From Balanoglossus misakiensis (Eukaryota; Animalia; Hemichordata), in the NCBI GenBank assembly GCA_040954595.2, contig CM082584.2, forward strand, positions 11,126,552-11,190,551: DNA of 64,000 nucleotides. Direction: 5' to 3'. Below are positions 52,712 to 64,000 of the stretch, piece after piece. The translations under genes were made by a program, and so were the position numbers. The notes beneath the pieces were generated by a model, which made no database searches, was not told the DNA's origin, and was given only the letters and a program-made list of their open reading frames with translations. How positions within the stretch are numbered: the stretch's first letter is position 1; every line of letters begins with the position of its first letter.

Positions 52712-53144
52712 GTTGTGTAACATACGTCTTTCAGTCTGTTTGCTGCCAAGTTGTCCATGTATCAAAATACAGTATATCTAGCATATAAAATAAGACTTTT
52801 CAAGACATTAAAAGAAAACCCGTCTACTCCAATGAAATCTTGCCAGACTGACGTCACGTTCGTTGCTATAACGATGCCAATTCATGCATTCTCCGAAGTC
52901 GGGGGTAGTGATCGCGTATATGTACGTGTTAGTTCCCATCTGGCAAATCAGAATAGAATATTTTGCAGCGAAGTATTCAAGATAACTATCAGCTTTTTAG
53001 GTTCAAGGCGTGGTGTTTTCCAACTCCCAACGAGACACTCACAAGTACGCGAATTATCGTTGTGCGAAGATCGCTCTCACATTGCTCGCACATACTCTGT
53101 GCGTCGATTTGATACCAACGATAACAATTGTTTGGGAGAGAATT

Positions 53145-54164
53145 ATGAGTGACAATTCAACTTTCACCGGATACACGGCGAGCGAGAAGGCGTGGATCGG
53201 AGCCGTCACCGCCACCGTGGCCATCTTGATCGTGGCACTGAATACTCTGGTGTTGACGTCGTTCGGTCTGTTCAGCGCTCTACGGGAGAAGGCGTCTGAC
53301 TTTCTGATCCTGAACTTGTCCATCACCGACCTGTTGCTGGGCTTGCTCGTCCTGCCGTTCAGTATCGTCCACAAGCTCAGCGGTTCCTGGTACTACGGGC
53401 AACTGGCCTGCAAGATGTGGCAGAGCTTTGACATCTGCCTGTGCGTGCAGTCTGTGTGGGCCGCTATGCTGTTGAGCATCGACAAGTACTTGTACGTGAT
53501 GTACCCACTGCGCTATCCAACTTTGGTGACAACGTTCCGACTCTGCACCGCTGTCGTCGTCTCTTGGTGCGTCGCCTTCGCGTTCGCCTTCGTACCGAAC
53601 ATGACGAACGCGTCCGTCGACATGGAAGTATTCAGCTCGCTACCACCGGAGCTGTGCGTGTATGTTCTCAACACCAGGTACGCGGTTTCGGCGTTCTTCG
53701 TCAACTTCTTCGGCCCGCTGTCGGTGATCCTGTTCACCAACTACCGCATCTACAAGGCCGTGAAACACCAGACCAGAAGCATTCGCCAGGTCCAGATAGT
53801 TGCAGCATCCTCCCACGCCGGGACCGGGCAGGCCAGTTCAGGCACCCCGTTCCTGTCGAAATCCGAAATAAAGGCAATCAAAGCGATCGGGGTCCTGATT
53901 GCGAGTTTGATTGTCATGTGGTTGCCGCTATTCGTCACCCTGTTCATAGACACAATATGCCACTGCGTCGACCCTGTCATTTTTGAAACTGTTAATTGGC
54001 TCGGCTACTGCAACTCCGTCTGCAATCCACTACTCTACGCCTGCAACAGTCAATACCGCATAGCATACAAGCGAGTCCTCTGTTGCGATTTCGGTGCAAG
54101 CCGCCTGGACGAGAGCCAAAACACGGACGCGGTGCTGATGTCCGGACAAAGTCGACAAGCGTGA
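53145..54164 (+). CDS. Class A GPCR, biogenic amine (octopamine/adrenergic/trace amine) receptor-like, intronless, 339 aa
   Basis: Seven hydrophobic segments; N1.50 (LNTLV), LSITDL (D2.50), W.YG...C, TM3 Asp3.32 (WQSFDIC), DKY, PLRY, WLP, WLGYCNSVCNPLLY; N-glycosylation site DNST. Confidence 0.92.
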   Translation: MSDNSTFTGYTASEKAWIGAVTATVAILIVALNTLVLTSFGLFSALREKASDFLILNLSITDLLLGLLVLPFSIVHKLSGSWYYGQLACKMWQSFDICLCVQSVWAAMLLSIDKYLYVMYPLRYPTLVTTFRLCTAVVVSWCVAFAFAFVPNMTNASVDMEVFSSLPPELCVYVLNTRYAVSAFFVNFFGPLSVILFTNYRIYKAVKHQTRSIRQVQIVAASSHAGTGQASSGTPFLSKSEIKAIKAIGVLIASLIVMWLPLFVTLFIDTICHCVDPVIFETVNWLGYCNSVCNPLLYACNSQYRIAYKRVLCCDFGASRLDESQNTDAVLMSGQSRQA

Positions 54165-54854
54165 GTTCACAAAACGACAAAGCGACCAACTGTTCGGTTT
54201 GCACAAGCGCACGGCAGTCTGTCCAGACACCGGCGGTAATTTTATATCGTTGTGAAGAAAACGTATTTTGTAGTATTTTCGTGAATACATAATGATGCAT
54301 GTTGAGTGAAATTGGCAAATTTGGACAACATTTGATATTGAAACTAGTAAAACCACGGGAGATTCGGAAACTCTACTTTGATTTGTCGTTTTCGAACTGA
54401 ATGACGCTTTCCATTATGATGGACATTGTCTTTTTAAAAAAAAACATTCTCTTCAACCCCAGAATATCAAATCATATTAGAATTTTTTAAAGTAAGCACT
54501 TCACTCACACGTCACGTGGTCCAAGTCATAATTTTAAGTCAACGTTGGTGTCGAGACACGTGTCAAATCACGTTTTCAGATATAATATGATGCATGTTAC
54601 AACCAAGAATTAATTTTAAGTGTTGTGTAAAATTTATTTGAAAATGTTTTTATTCTGATTAGAATCTTACAACGCATTGTTTGTGAATAGATATTTCGGT
54701 GACGATGATGTTCAGTTGATTTTCCCCTACTCCAACATATCAAAGCTCACGGTAAACTCTTTCGGAATCGTTTGATGTTGAAAATGTCCGACAAACTACG
54801 ACAAAAAAAGTAATCCGAAATTTAAACATTTTTGTAACTGTCAGCACTTTTGAT

Positions 54855-54915
54855 GCGGGTCACGTGACGTGACTTGAGACGCGTCAGAGCCAAGTGTTCG
54901 CTGCTGATTGGTTGG
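54855..54915 (+). promoter_or_regulatory. Promoter with palindromic E-box/CLEAR motif and CCAAT box
   Basis: gtcacgtgac at 54859-54868 and inverted CCAAT (attgg) at 54907-54911 in a CpG-rich patch, followed by a gtg|gtaagt donor at 55077. Confidence 0.5.
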
Positions 54916-54929
54916 AGCCACCTGGACCA

Positions 54930-57900
54930 CCTCCACTTGGAAATTTCCGTCCAGCCTTCCGTGCATTTTCATAAGAGAGTCAGACGGTCACGCTGCTGCA
55001 CGGACCACGAGAAGATGCGGAGAACTCTGCCCCCAAAACAGAGTTTCTCCGCTAGATAGTTTTCATGACGACAGTGGTAAGTAAAGTAAACGAAGTAGAC
55101 ACATTTACTCAATCTTTGACCAGAAATATGGGTTATTCTGTGGCGGGTTACGGAAAACTAAAACGCCAGACGTTTACACCACATAATTGAAAAATTGGAT
55201 ACGTCACAGTCAGGCAGCTCGAGTAAGCGCTTTCATGCGTTTTAATTCACAAATACCGCCCTTTCGCGTAACTCAACTTGAGACGGGTTTATCAAATTAA
55301 GACAAGTCGGTGTTATAGCTCTACTGGTGGGCGGCAGTTTTTTTAAACAAGGTAGTTTTTCGGGAAAGGGAAGGGGGGCTACGATGAATTGGCAGCGGGT
55401 TCACGTGTAGTCGGCGTGTTTTCGAGTGTGAGCGAATGCAAATTTTGTATTATACTACTTGACAATAGCGAAAATAACTTGAAGCTTTGAAACTTCATCA
55501 TGTTCATTCGAATCAGTTATTTTCGTGTGTCCGTGCAGGCTTTGCCAAAAACAATATTTTTTGTCGGAGTTTAAAATGTTCCGCTTCGTTGTAGGCCTAA
55601 ACTTGAAAATATGTAAATGTACATAGTGCCATGCTGGTGTTTTTAGGCTACGTGTCTGTCAACGAAGCCCTAAAACATGTATTGTTGAGTCGTGTATGAT
55701 GTACAATTGCGAATGAACAACAGTTTAGCGTACGGTGATCACGGTTGATATTGTGTTTCCTGTTCATGGATAGGCATTCAATTTGTTTCCTTATGTTTTG
55801 CAGATGCCCAGATGACCTGATGTTGTACGTTCTGCGTGGATGCTATGATGTTATCAAGCATGATGTACGAGTAAGCGGTATTAGCCAAATTTTGGGCAAT
55901 TTTTAAGATCTTTCAACGATTCTGACTGGTGCCGCAAGCCAGTTCAGCGAACCGATTTTGCACAAATCTGAAGAATGCAGCAATGCGGATGCTATATGTG
56001 GATGTCATTAATGTTTTAGAACCAGCATGACTACATGCTCGGTGCATGGGTCATTTTTGTCACGGCACCAACACGTTTATCTGCTTTGAATGCTTCGATC
56101 GGAAGGTGCTCGTTGTGAGTGTGTGCGCATGTGTGTCACGGTAAGTTGTACGGTATATTTGGGCCATGCAGCTAGACTACAATGAGGTGAGCGTTTGTAT
56201 GTTCCATGGCTGAATGAAGACCAGTGGATGAAGTTTCGTAACAAGTAAGTTATATAGACATAAATAAAATCCCCGGTGCGGGTGGGTCCCATCCCTCAGA
56301 CCGTCAGTTAATACTTAATACAAGTTTTTTTTAGATATGTTATCTTTCGTCATTATTCAATAAAAATAAAATAAAAACATACACGCACTCATAATACTTG
56401 GAGTGGTTTATTTCCGTACCGATCATCTTCCCCCTCACGTATATAGTTAATACAGGTTTTTTAGATATGTTATCTTTCGTCATTATTCAATAAAAATAAA
56501 ATAAAAACATACACGCACTCATAATACTTGGAGTGGTTTATTTCCGTACCGATCATCTTCCCCCTCACGTATATAGTTAATACAGGTTTTTTAGATATGT
56601 TATCTTTCGTCATTATTCAATAAAAATAAAATAAAAACATACACGCACTCATAATACTTGGAGTGGTTTATTTCCGTACCGATCATCTTCCCCCTCACGT
56701 ATATAGTTAATACAGGTTTTTTAGAAATGTTATCTTTCGTCATTATTCAATAAAAATAAAATAAAAACATACACGCACTCATAATACTTGGAGTGGTTTA
56801 TTTCCGTACCGATCATCTTCCCCCTCACGTATATAGTTAATACAGGTTTTTTAGATATGTTATCTTTCGTCATTATTCAATAAAAAAATATTAAAAACAT
56901 GCGTGTATTGATAAAACTGAGAGTGGTTTATTTCCGTACCGATCATCTTCCCCCTCACGTATATAGTTAATACAGGTTTTTTAGATATGTTATCTTTCGT
57001 CATTATTCAATAAAAAAATATTAAAAACATACGTGTATTGATAAAACAGAGTGGTTTATTTCCGTACCGCTCATCTTCGCTTGTGTGTATGTCTCTGTTA
57101 GTCTGTTTTTTAATGGTAAATAAGGTATTTACTTTCCAGACATTAACTTTATTTGCTTGTTTTGCAGATGCAGAGACCAGAGTTTTTTTGCCATGCAGCG
57201 GTATAGCTGGGGAGGTAAGGGCAGGTATGTTCCGTGGCCGAACGATCATGAATATTAGACATTCACTTCATTTCCTTGTTTTGCAGATCCAGAGACGAGA
57301 TCAACTTGTAATGGTATTCATCAACCGAGCTGGGGCCTAAGTGACTAGTTATTTTCGCCATGCAGCAGTATAGCTGGGTGCGATAAGGGCAGTATGTTCA
57401 ATGGCTGAACGAAGACCAGAGGTTTCAAGTAAGGTTTGACAAGCGATATAGACATCAAAGCCCCTCTTTTCATGCATGGTGGCCATTTTGAAGATTTTTT
57501 TTTTCAATTCAGACTGGTGCCGTTTCCCATGCCCAGTGACGCGAACTGATTTTGCACAAACTTGCATGTAACAATATGGACCCGGTACTATATGTGGATG
57601 TCAATTCAATGACAAAACCGACCTGACTACTAGATGCAAGGAGTGACCACTTTGTTATGGCACAAATATGTTCGCCATCTTTGCAGGAGACATTCCATTT
57701 TCATACTCTTCATTTATTCCAGGGATCCCATAGATGATGCTAAGGTGATTGCCAGCCTGTGTGATTGATGTCCAGAGATTACCACATGGTTGTGGAAAGG
57801 TAAGAATTGTGGGAAAGAAAATTTAAGCAATGACAGACAATGTATGGTGTGTGGGTGGGGGTGTGTTTGTCCAGGAGTTGTCGGTTGAACTAAGTACAAT

Positions 57901-58290
57901 CATAAGCTTGTATGGGCAGATCTCTATCGTTCTTGCAGTAGAATTTAATCAAGTTACCCAATAGAGAGTGAAATTCTAGGCAGCCATACAGATTTGCATG
58001 AAGTACCATCTACAAATGAACAATTCGCGTACAGGTGATGATGATGCTTTGTTTCATGTCAATGGATATTATAGACATTCATTTCTACATTGCTTCTTTT
58101 GCAGATGCAAAGACCAGATGGGTATCCGGGCAACCAAGCTTATGACGAAGTTTCCATTTTCCGCGTTGCAGCTGTAACTGTTACTGGCAGTCTGCAGTGA
58201 CATGTATTTTCATTTGTTTATGGTTTCAAAACTTTGAAATTAAAATGTTCAATGAACTAGATTAAAATGGAATACATGTGTCTGTGTCAT
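54930..58290 (+). ncRNA. Putative spliced long non-coding RNA
   Basis: Donor at 55077; mutually homologous acceptors ...ttttgcag|at at 55804, 57168, 57287, 58105; donors at ~55871 and ~57215; ATTAAA at 58239 and 58261 followed by a GT-rich element; no long ORF in the spliced product. No transcript evidence available. Confidence 0.4.
56315..57078. repeat. 130-bp tandem repeat, about 6 copies
   Basis: ttagatatgt recurs at 56331, 56461, 56591, 56721 (variant), 56851, 56981; the first four copies are nearly identical and the last two share variants. Confidence 0.96.
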
Positions 58291-58305
58291 TTTATTCCCC
58301 CAACA

Positions 58306-61300
58306 TGCATGGATTATAGCTCATGAAAATCATCCAAAAATGACAATTTTTCGACTTTGCGAACTTTCAAAATTTCTTCATTTTTCGAAAAAAATCATGG
58401 GTTATAGCTCATGAAAATCATCCAAAAATGACAATTTTTTGACTTTGCGAAATATCAAAATTTCTTCATTTTTTTGAAAAAATCATGGGTTATAGCTCAT
58501 GAAAATGATCCAAAAATGAGAATTTATCGACTTTGCGGAATTTCAAAATTTGGCCGATTTTTGAAAAAATCATGGGTTATAGCTCATGAAAATGATCCAA
58601 AAATGACAATTTTTCGACTTTGCGGAATTTCAAAATTTGGCCGATTTTTGAAAAAATCATGGGTTATAGCTCATGAAAATGATCCAAAAATGAGAATTTT
58701 TCGACTTTGCGGAATTTCAAAATTTGGCCGATTTTTGAAAAAATCATGGCTTATAGCTCATGAAAATGATCCAAAAATGAGAATTTTTCGACTTTGCGGA
58801 ATTTCAAAATTTGGCCGATTTTTGAAAAAATCATGGCTTATAGCTCATGAAAATGATCCAAAAATGAGAATTTTTCGACTTTGCGGAATTTCAAAATTTG
58901 GCCGATTTTTGAAAAAATCATGGGTTATAGCTCATGAAAATCATCCAAAAATGTGAATTTTTCGACTTTGCGGAATTTCAAAATTTGGCCGATTTTTGAA
59001 AAAATCATGGGTTATAGCTCATGAAAATCATCCAAAAATGAGAATTTTTCGACTTTGCGGAATTTCAAAATTTGGCCGATTTTTGAAAAAATCATGGGTT
59101 ATAGCTCATGAAAATCATCCAAAAATGACAATTTTTCGACTTTGCGGAATTTTAAAATTTCTTCATTTTTCGAAAAAAGTCATGGGTTATAGCTCATGAA
59201 AATCATCCAAAAATGACAATTTTTTGACTTTGCGAAATATCAAAATTTCTTCATTTTATTGAAAAAATCATGGGTTATAGCTCATGAAAATCATCCAAAA
59301 ATGACAATTTTTCGACTTTGCGGAATTTCAAAATTTGGCCGATTTTTGAAAAAATCATGGGTTATAGCTCATGAAAATGATCCAAAAATGACAATTTTTC
59401 GACTTTGCGGAATTTCAAAATTTGGCCGATTTTTGAAAAAATCATGGGTTATAGCTCATGAAAATCATCCAAAAATGACAATTTTTCGACTTTGCGGAAT
59501 TTCAAAATTTGGCCGATTTTTGAAAAAATCATGGGTTATAGCTCATGAAAATCATCCAAAAATGAGAATTTTTCGACTTTGCGGAATTTCAAAATTTGGC
59601 CGATTTTTGAAAAAATCATGGGTTATAGCTCATGAAAATCATCCAAAAATGAGAATTTTTCGACTTTGCGGAATTTCAAAATTTGGCCGATTTTTGAAAA
59701 AATCATGGGTTATAGCTCATGAAAATCATCCAAAAATGAGAATTTTTCGACTTTGCGGAATTTCAAAATTTGGCCGATTTTTGAAAAAATCATGGGTTAT
59801 AGCTCATGAAAATCATCCAAAAATGACAATTTTTCGACTTTGCGGAATTTCAAAATTTGGCCGATTTTTGAAAAAATCATGGGTTATAGCTCATGAAAAT
59901 CATCCAAAAATGACAATTTTTCGACTTTGCGGAATTTCAAAATTTGGCCGATTTTTGAAAAAATCATGGGTTATAGCTCATGAAAATCATCCAAAAATGA
60001 GAATTTTTCGACTTTGCGGAATTTCAAAATTTGGCCGATTTTTGAAAAAATCATGGGTTATAGCTCATGAAATTCATCCAAAAATGAGAATTTTTCGACT
60101 TTGCGAAATATCAAAAATTCTTCATTTTTTTGAAAAAATCATGGGTTATAGCTCATGAAAATCATCCAAAAATGACAATTTTTCGACTTTGCGGAATTTC
60201 AAAATTTGGCCGATTTTTGAAAAAATCATGGGTTATAGCTCATGAAAATCATCCAAAAATGACAATTTTTCGACTTTGCGGAATTTCAAAATTTGGCCGA
60301 TTTTTGAAAAAATCATGGGTTATAGCTCATGAAAATCATCCAAAAATGAGAATTTTTCGACTTTGCGGAATTTCAAAATTTGGCCGATTTTTGAAAAAAT
60401 CATGGGTTATAGCTCATGAAAATCATCCAAAAATGACAATTTTTCGACTTTGCGGAATTTCAAAATTTGGCCGATTTTTGAAAAAATCATGGGTTATAGC
60501 TCATGAAAATCATCCAAAAATGACAATTTTTCGACTTTGCGGAATTTCAAAATTTGGCCGATTTTTGAAAAAATCATGGGTTATAGCTCATGAAAATCAT
60601 CCAAAAATGAGAATTTTTCGACTTTGCGGAATTTCAAAATTTGGCCGATTTTTGAAAAAATCATGGGTTATAGCTCATGAAAATCATCCAAAAATGACAA
60701 TTTTTCGACTTTGCGGAATTTCAAAATTTGGCCGATTTTTGAAAAAATCATGGGTTATAGCTCATGAAAATCATCCAAAAATGACAATTTTTCGACTTTG
60801 CGGAATTTCAAAATTTGGCCGATTTTTGAAAAAATCATGGGTTATAGCTCATGAAATTCATCCAAAAATGAGAATTTTTCGACTTTGCGAAATATCAAAA
60901 ATTCTTCATTTTTTTGAAAAAATCATGGGTTATAGCTCATGAAAATCATCCAAAAATGACAATTTTTCGACTTTGCGGAATTTCAAAATTTGGCCGATTT
61001 TTGAAAAAATCATGGGTTATAGCTCATGAAAATCATCCAAAAATGAGAATTTTTCGACTTTGCGGAATTTCAAAATTTGGCCGATTTTTGAAAAAATCAT
61101 GGGTTATAGCTCATGAAAATCATCCAAAAATGAGAATTTTTCGACTTTGCGGAATTTCAAAATTTGGCCGATTTTTGAAAAAATCATGGGTTATAGCTCA
61201 TGAAAATCATCCAAAAATGACAATTTTTCGACTTTGCGGAATTTCAAAATTTGGCCGATTTTTGAAAAAATCATGGGTTATAGCTCATGAAAATCATCCA

Positions 61301-64000
61301 AAAATGACAATTTTTCGACTTTGCGGAATTTCAAAATTTGGCCGATTTTTGAAAAAATCATGGGTTATAGCTCATGAAAATCATCCAAAAATGACAATTT
61401 TTCGACTTTGCGGAATTTCAAAATTTGGCCGATTTTTGAAAAAATCATGGGTTATAGCTCATGAAAATCATCCAAAAATGACAATTTTTCGACTTTGCGG
61501 AATTTCAAAATTTGGCCGATTTTTGAAAAAATCATGGGTTATAGCTCATGAAAATCATCCAAAAATGACAATTTTTCGACTTTGCGGAATTTCAAAATTT
61601 GGCCGATTTTTGAAAAAATCATGGGTTATAGCTCATGAAAATCATCCAAAAATGACAATTTTTCGACTTTGCGGAATTTCAAAATTTGGCCGATTTTTGA
61701 AAAAATCATGGGTTATAGCTCATGAAAATCATCCAAAAATGAGAATTTTTCGACTTTGCGGAATTTCAAAATTTGGCCGATTTTTGAAAAAATCATGGGT
61801 TATAGCTCATGAAAATCATCCAAAAATGACAATTTTTCGACTTTGCGGAATTTCAAAATTTGGCCGATTTTTGAAAAAATCATGGGTTATAGCTCATGAA
61901 AATCATCCAAAAATGACAATTTTTCGACTTTGCGGAATTTCAAAATTTGGCCGATTTTTGAAAAAATCATGGGTTATAGCTCATGAAAATCATCCAAAAA
62001 TGACAATTTTTCGACTTTGCGGAATTTCAAAATTTGGCCGATTTTTGAAAAAATCATGGGTTATAGCTCATGAAAATCATCCAAAAATGACAATTTTTCG
62101 ACTTTGCGGAATTTCAAAATTTGGCCGATTTTTGAAAAAATCATGGGTTATAGCTCATGAAAATCATCCAAAAATGAGAATTTTTCGACTTTGCGGAATT
62201 TCAAAATTTGGCCGATTTTTGAAAAAATCATGGGTTATAGCTCATGAAAATCATCCAAAAATGAGAATTTTTCGACTTTGCGGAATTTCAAAATTTGGCC
62301 GATTTTTGAAAAAATCATGGGTTATAGCTCATGAAAATCATCCAAAAATGACAATTTTTCGACTTTGCGGAATTTCAAAATTTGGCCGATTTTTGAAAAA
62401 ATCATGGGTTATAGCTCATGAAAATCATCCAAAAATGACAATTTTTCGACTTTGCGGAATTTCAAAATTTGGCCGATTTTTGAAAAAATCATGGGTTATA
62501 GCTCATGAAAATCATCCAAAAATGAGAATTTTTCGACTTTGCGGAATTTCAAAATTTGGCCGATTTTTGAAAAAATCATGGGTTATAGCTCATGAAAATC
62601 ATCCAAAAATGACAATTTTTCGACTTTGCGGAATTTCAAAATTTGGCCGATTTTTGAAAAAATCATGGGTTATAGCTCATGAAAATCATCCAAAAATGAG
62701 AATTTTTCGACTTTGCGGAATTTCAAAATTTGGCCGATTTTTGAAAAAATCATGGGTTATAGCTCATGAAAATCATCCAAAAATGAGAATTTTTCGACTT
62801 TGCGGAATTTCAAAATTTGGCCGATTTTTGAAAAAATCATGGGTTATAGCTCATGAAAATCATCCAAAAATGAGAATTTTTCGACTTTGCGGAATTTCAA
62901 AATTTGGCCGATTTTTGAAAAAATCATGGGTTATAGCTCATGAAAATCATCCAAAATTGACAATTTTTCGACTTTGCGGAATTTCAAAATTTGGCCGATT
63001 TTTGAAAAAATCATGGGTTATAGCTCATGAAAATCATCCAAAAATGACAATTTTTCGACTTTGCGGAATTTCAAAATTTGGCCGATTTTTGAAAAAATCA
63101 TGGGTTATAGCTCATGAAAATCATCCAAAAATGAGAATTTTTCGACTTTGCGGAATTTCAAAATTTGGCCGATTTTTGAAAAAATCATGGGTTATAGCTC
63201 ATGAAAATCATCCAAAAATGACAATTTTTCGACTTTGCGGAATTTCAAAATTTGGCCGATTTTTGAAAAAATCATGGGTTATAGCTCATGAAAATCATCC
63301 AAAAATGAGAATTTTTCGACTTTGCGGAATTTCAAAATTTGGCCGATTTTTGAAAAAATCATGGGTTATAGCTCATGAAAATCATCCAAAAACGACAATT
63401 TTTCGACTTTGCGGAATTTCAAAATTTGGCCGATTTTTGAAAAAATCATGGGTTATAGCTCATGAAAATCATCCAAAAATGAGAATTTTTCGACTTTGCG
63501 GAATTTCAAAATTTGGCCGATTTTTGAAAAAATCATGGGTTATAGCTCATGAAAATCATCCAAAAATGAGAATTTTTCGACTTTGCGGAATTTCAAAATT
63601 TGGCCGATTTTTGAAAAAATCATGGGTTATAGCTCATGAAAATCATCCAAAAATGAGAATTTTTCGACTTTGCGGAATTTCAAAATTTGGCCGATTTTTG
63701 AAAAAATCATGGGTTATAGCTCATGAAAATCATCCAAAAATGAGAATTTTTCGACTTTGCGGAATTTCAAAATTTGGCCGATTTTTGAAAAAATCATGGG
63801 TTATAGCTCATGAAAATCATCCAAAAATGACCATTTTTCGACTTTGCGGAATTTCAAAATTTGGCCGATTTTTGAAAAAATCATGGGTTATAGCTCATGA
63901 AAATCATCCAAAAATGAGAATTTTTCGACTTTGCGGAATTTCAAAATTTGGCCGATTTTTGAAAAAATCATGGGTTATAGCTCATGAAAATCATCCAAAA
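58306..64000. repeat. 87-bp AT-rich satellite DNA array (about 65 copies, continues past window end)
   Basis: Unit catgggttatagctcatgaaaatcatccaaaaatga(c/g)aatttttcgactttgcggaatttcaaaatttggccgatttttgaaaaaat repeated head to tail with very few variants. Confidence 0.99.

Noticed and set aside
53010-53144. N-terminal extension of the GPCR ORF
   Set aside because: Begins at a non-ATG codon; the ATG at 53145 followed by an N-glycosylation site is the more plausible start.
56205-56245. Hammerhead-like ctgaatga...gtttcg motif in the duplicated module
   Set aside because: Does not fit the CUGANGA/GAAA core with three stems on either strand.
58474-60942. Long ORFs (160-299 aa) of KKSWVIAHENHPKM repeats
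   Set aside because: By-product of an 87-bp (3n) satellite unit; variant monomers shift the frame and there is no gene context.
56315-64000. CRISPR-like appearance of the 130-bp and 87-bp arrays
   Set aside because: Units repeat over their whole length with no unique spacers; no cas genes; eukaryotic context.

Overview
Eukaryotic, intron-rich genomic window from an animal, most likely a non-vertebrate deuterostome such as a hemichordate (inferred from gene content and similarity to vertebrate proteins, not proven). In order: the 3' end of SZT2; three tandem AADAC/NCEH1-like lipases; an orphan gene with an internally duplicated ~100-aa domain lying head-to-head with RICTOR; a complete RICTOR (one GC-AG intron); a stand-alone single I-set Ig protein; an ST8Sia-type sialyltransferase; SSUH2; two tandem ionotropic glutamate receptor genes separated by a Harbinger-type MITE; two Tctex1-domain dynein light chains with an RFX X-box cluster between them; an intronless amine-type GPCR; a putative spliced lncRNA made of duplicated modules and containing a 130-bp tandem array; and an 87-bp satellite that runs off the end of the window. 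The best candidate for an undescribed system is the receptor pair: both are ~500 aa, lack the amino-terminal domain, keep the glutamate-binding residues and a PDZ tail, and share a rewritten channel gate (AYLSNLSPF in place of SYTANLAAF). Gene models were spliced by eye and no database search was run.
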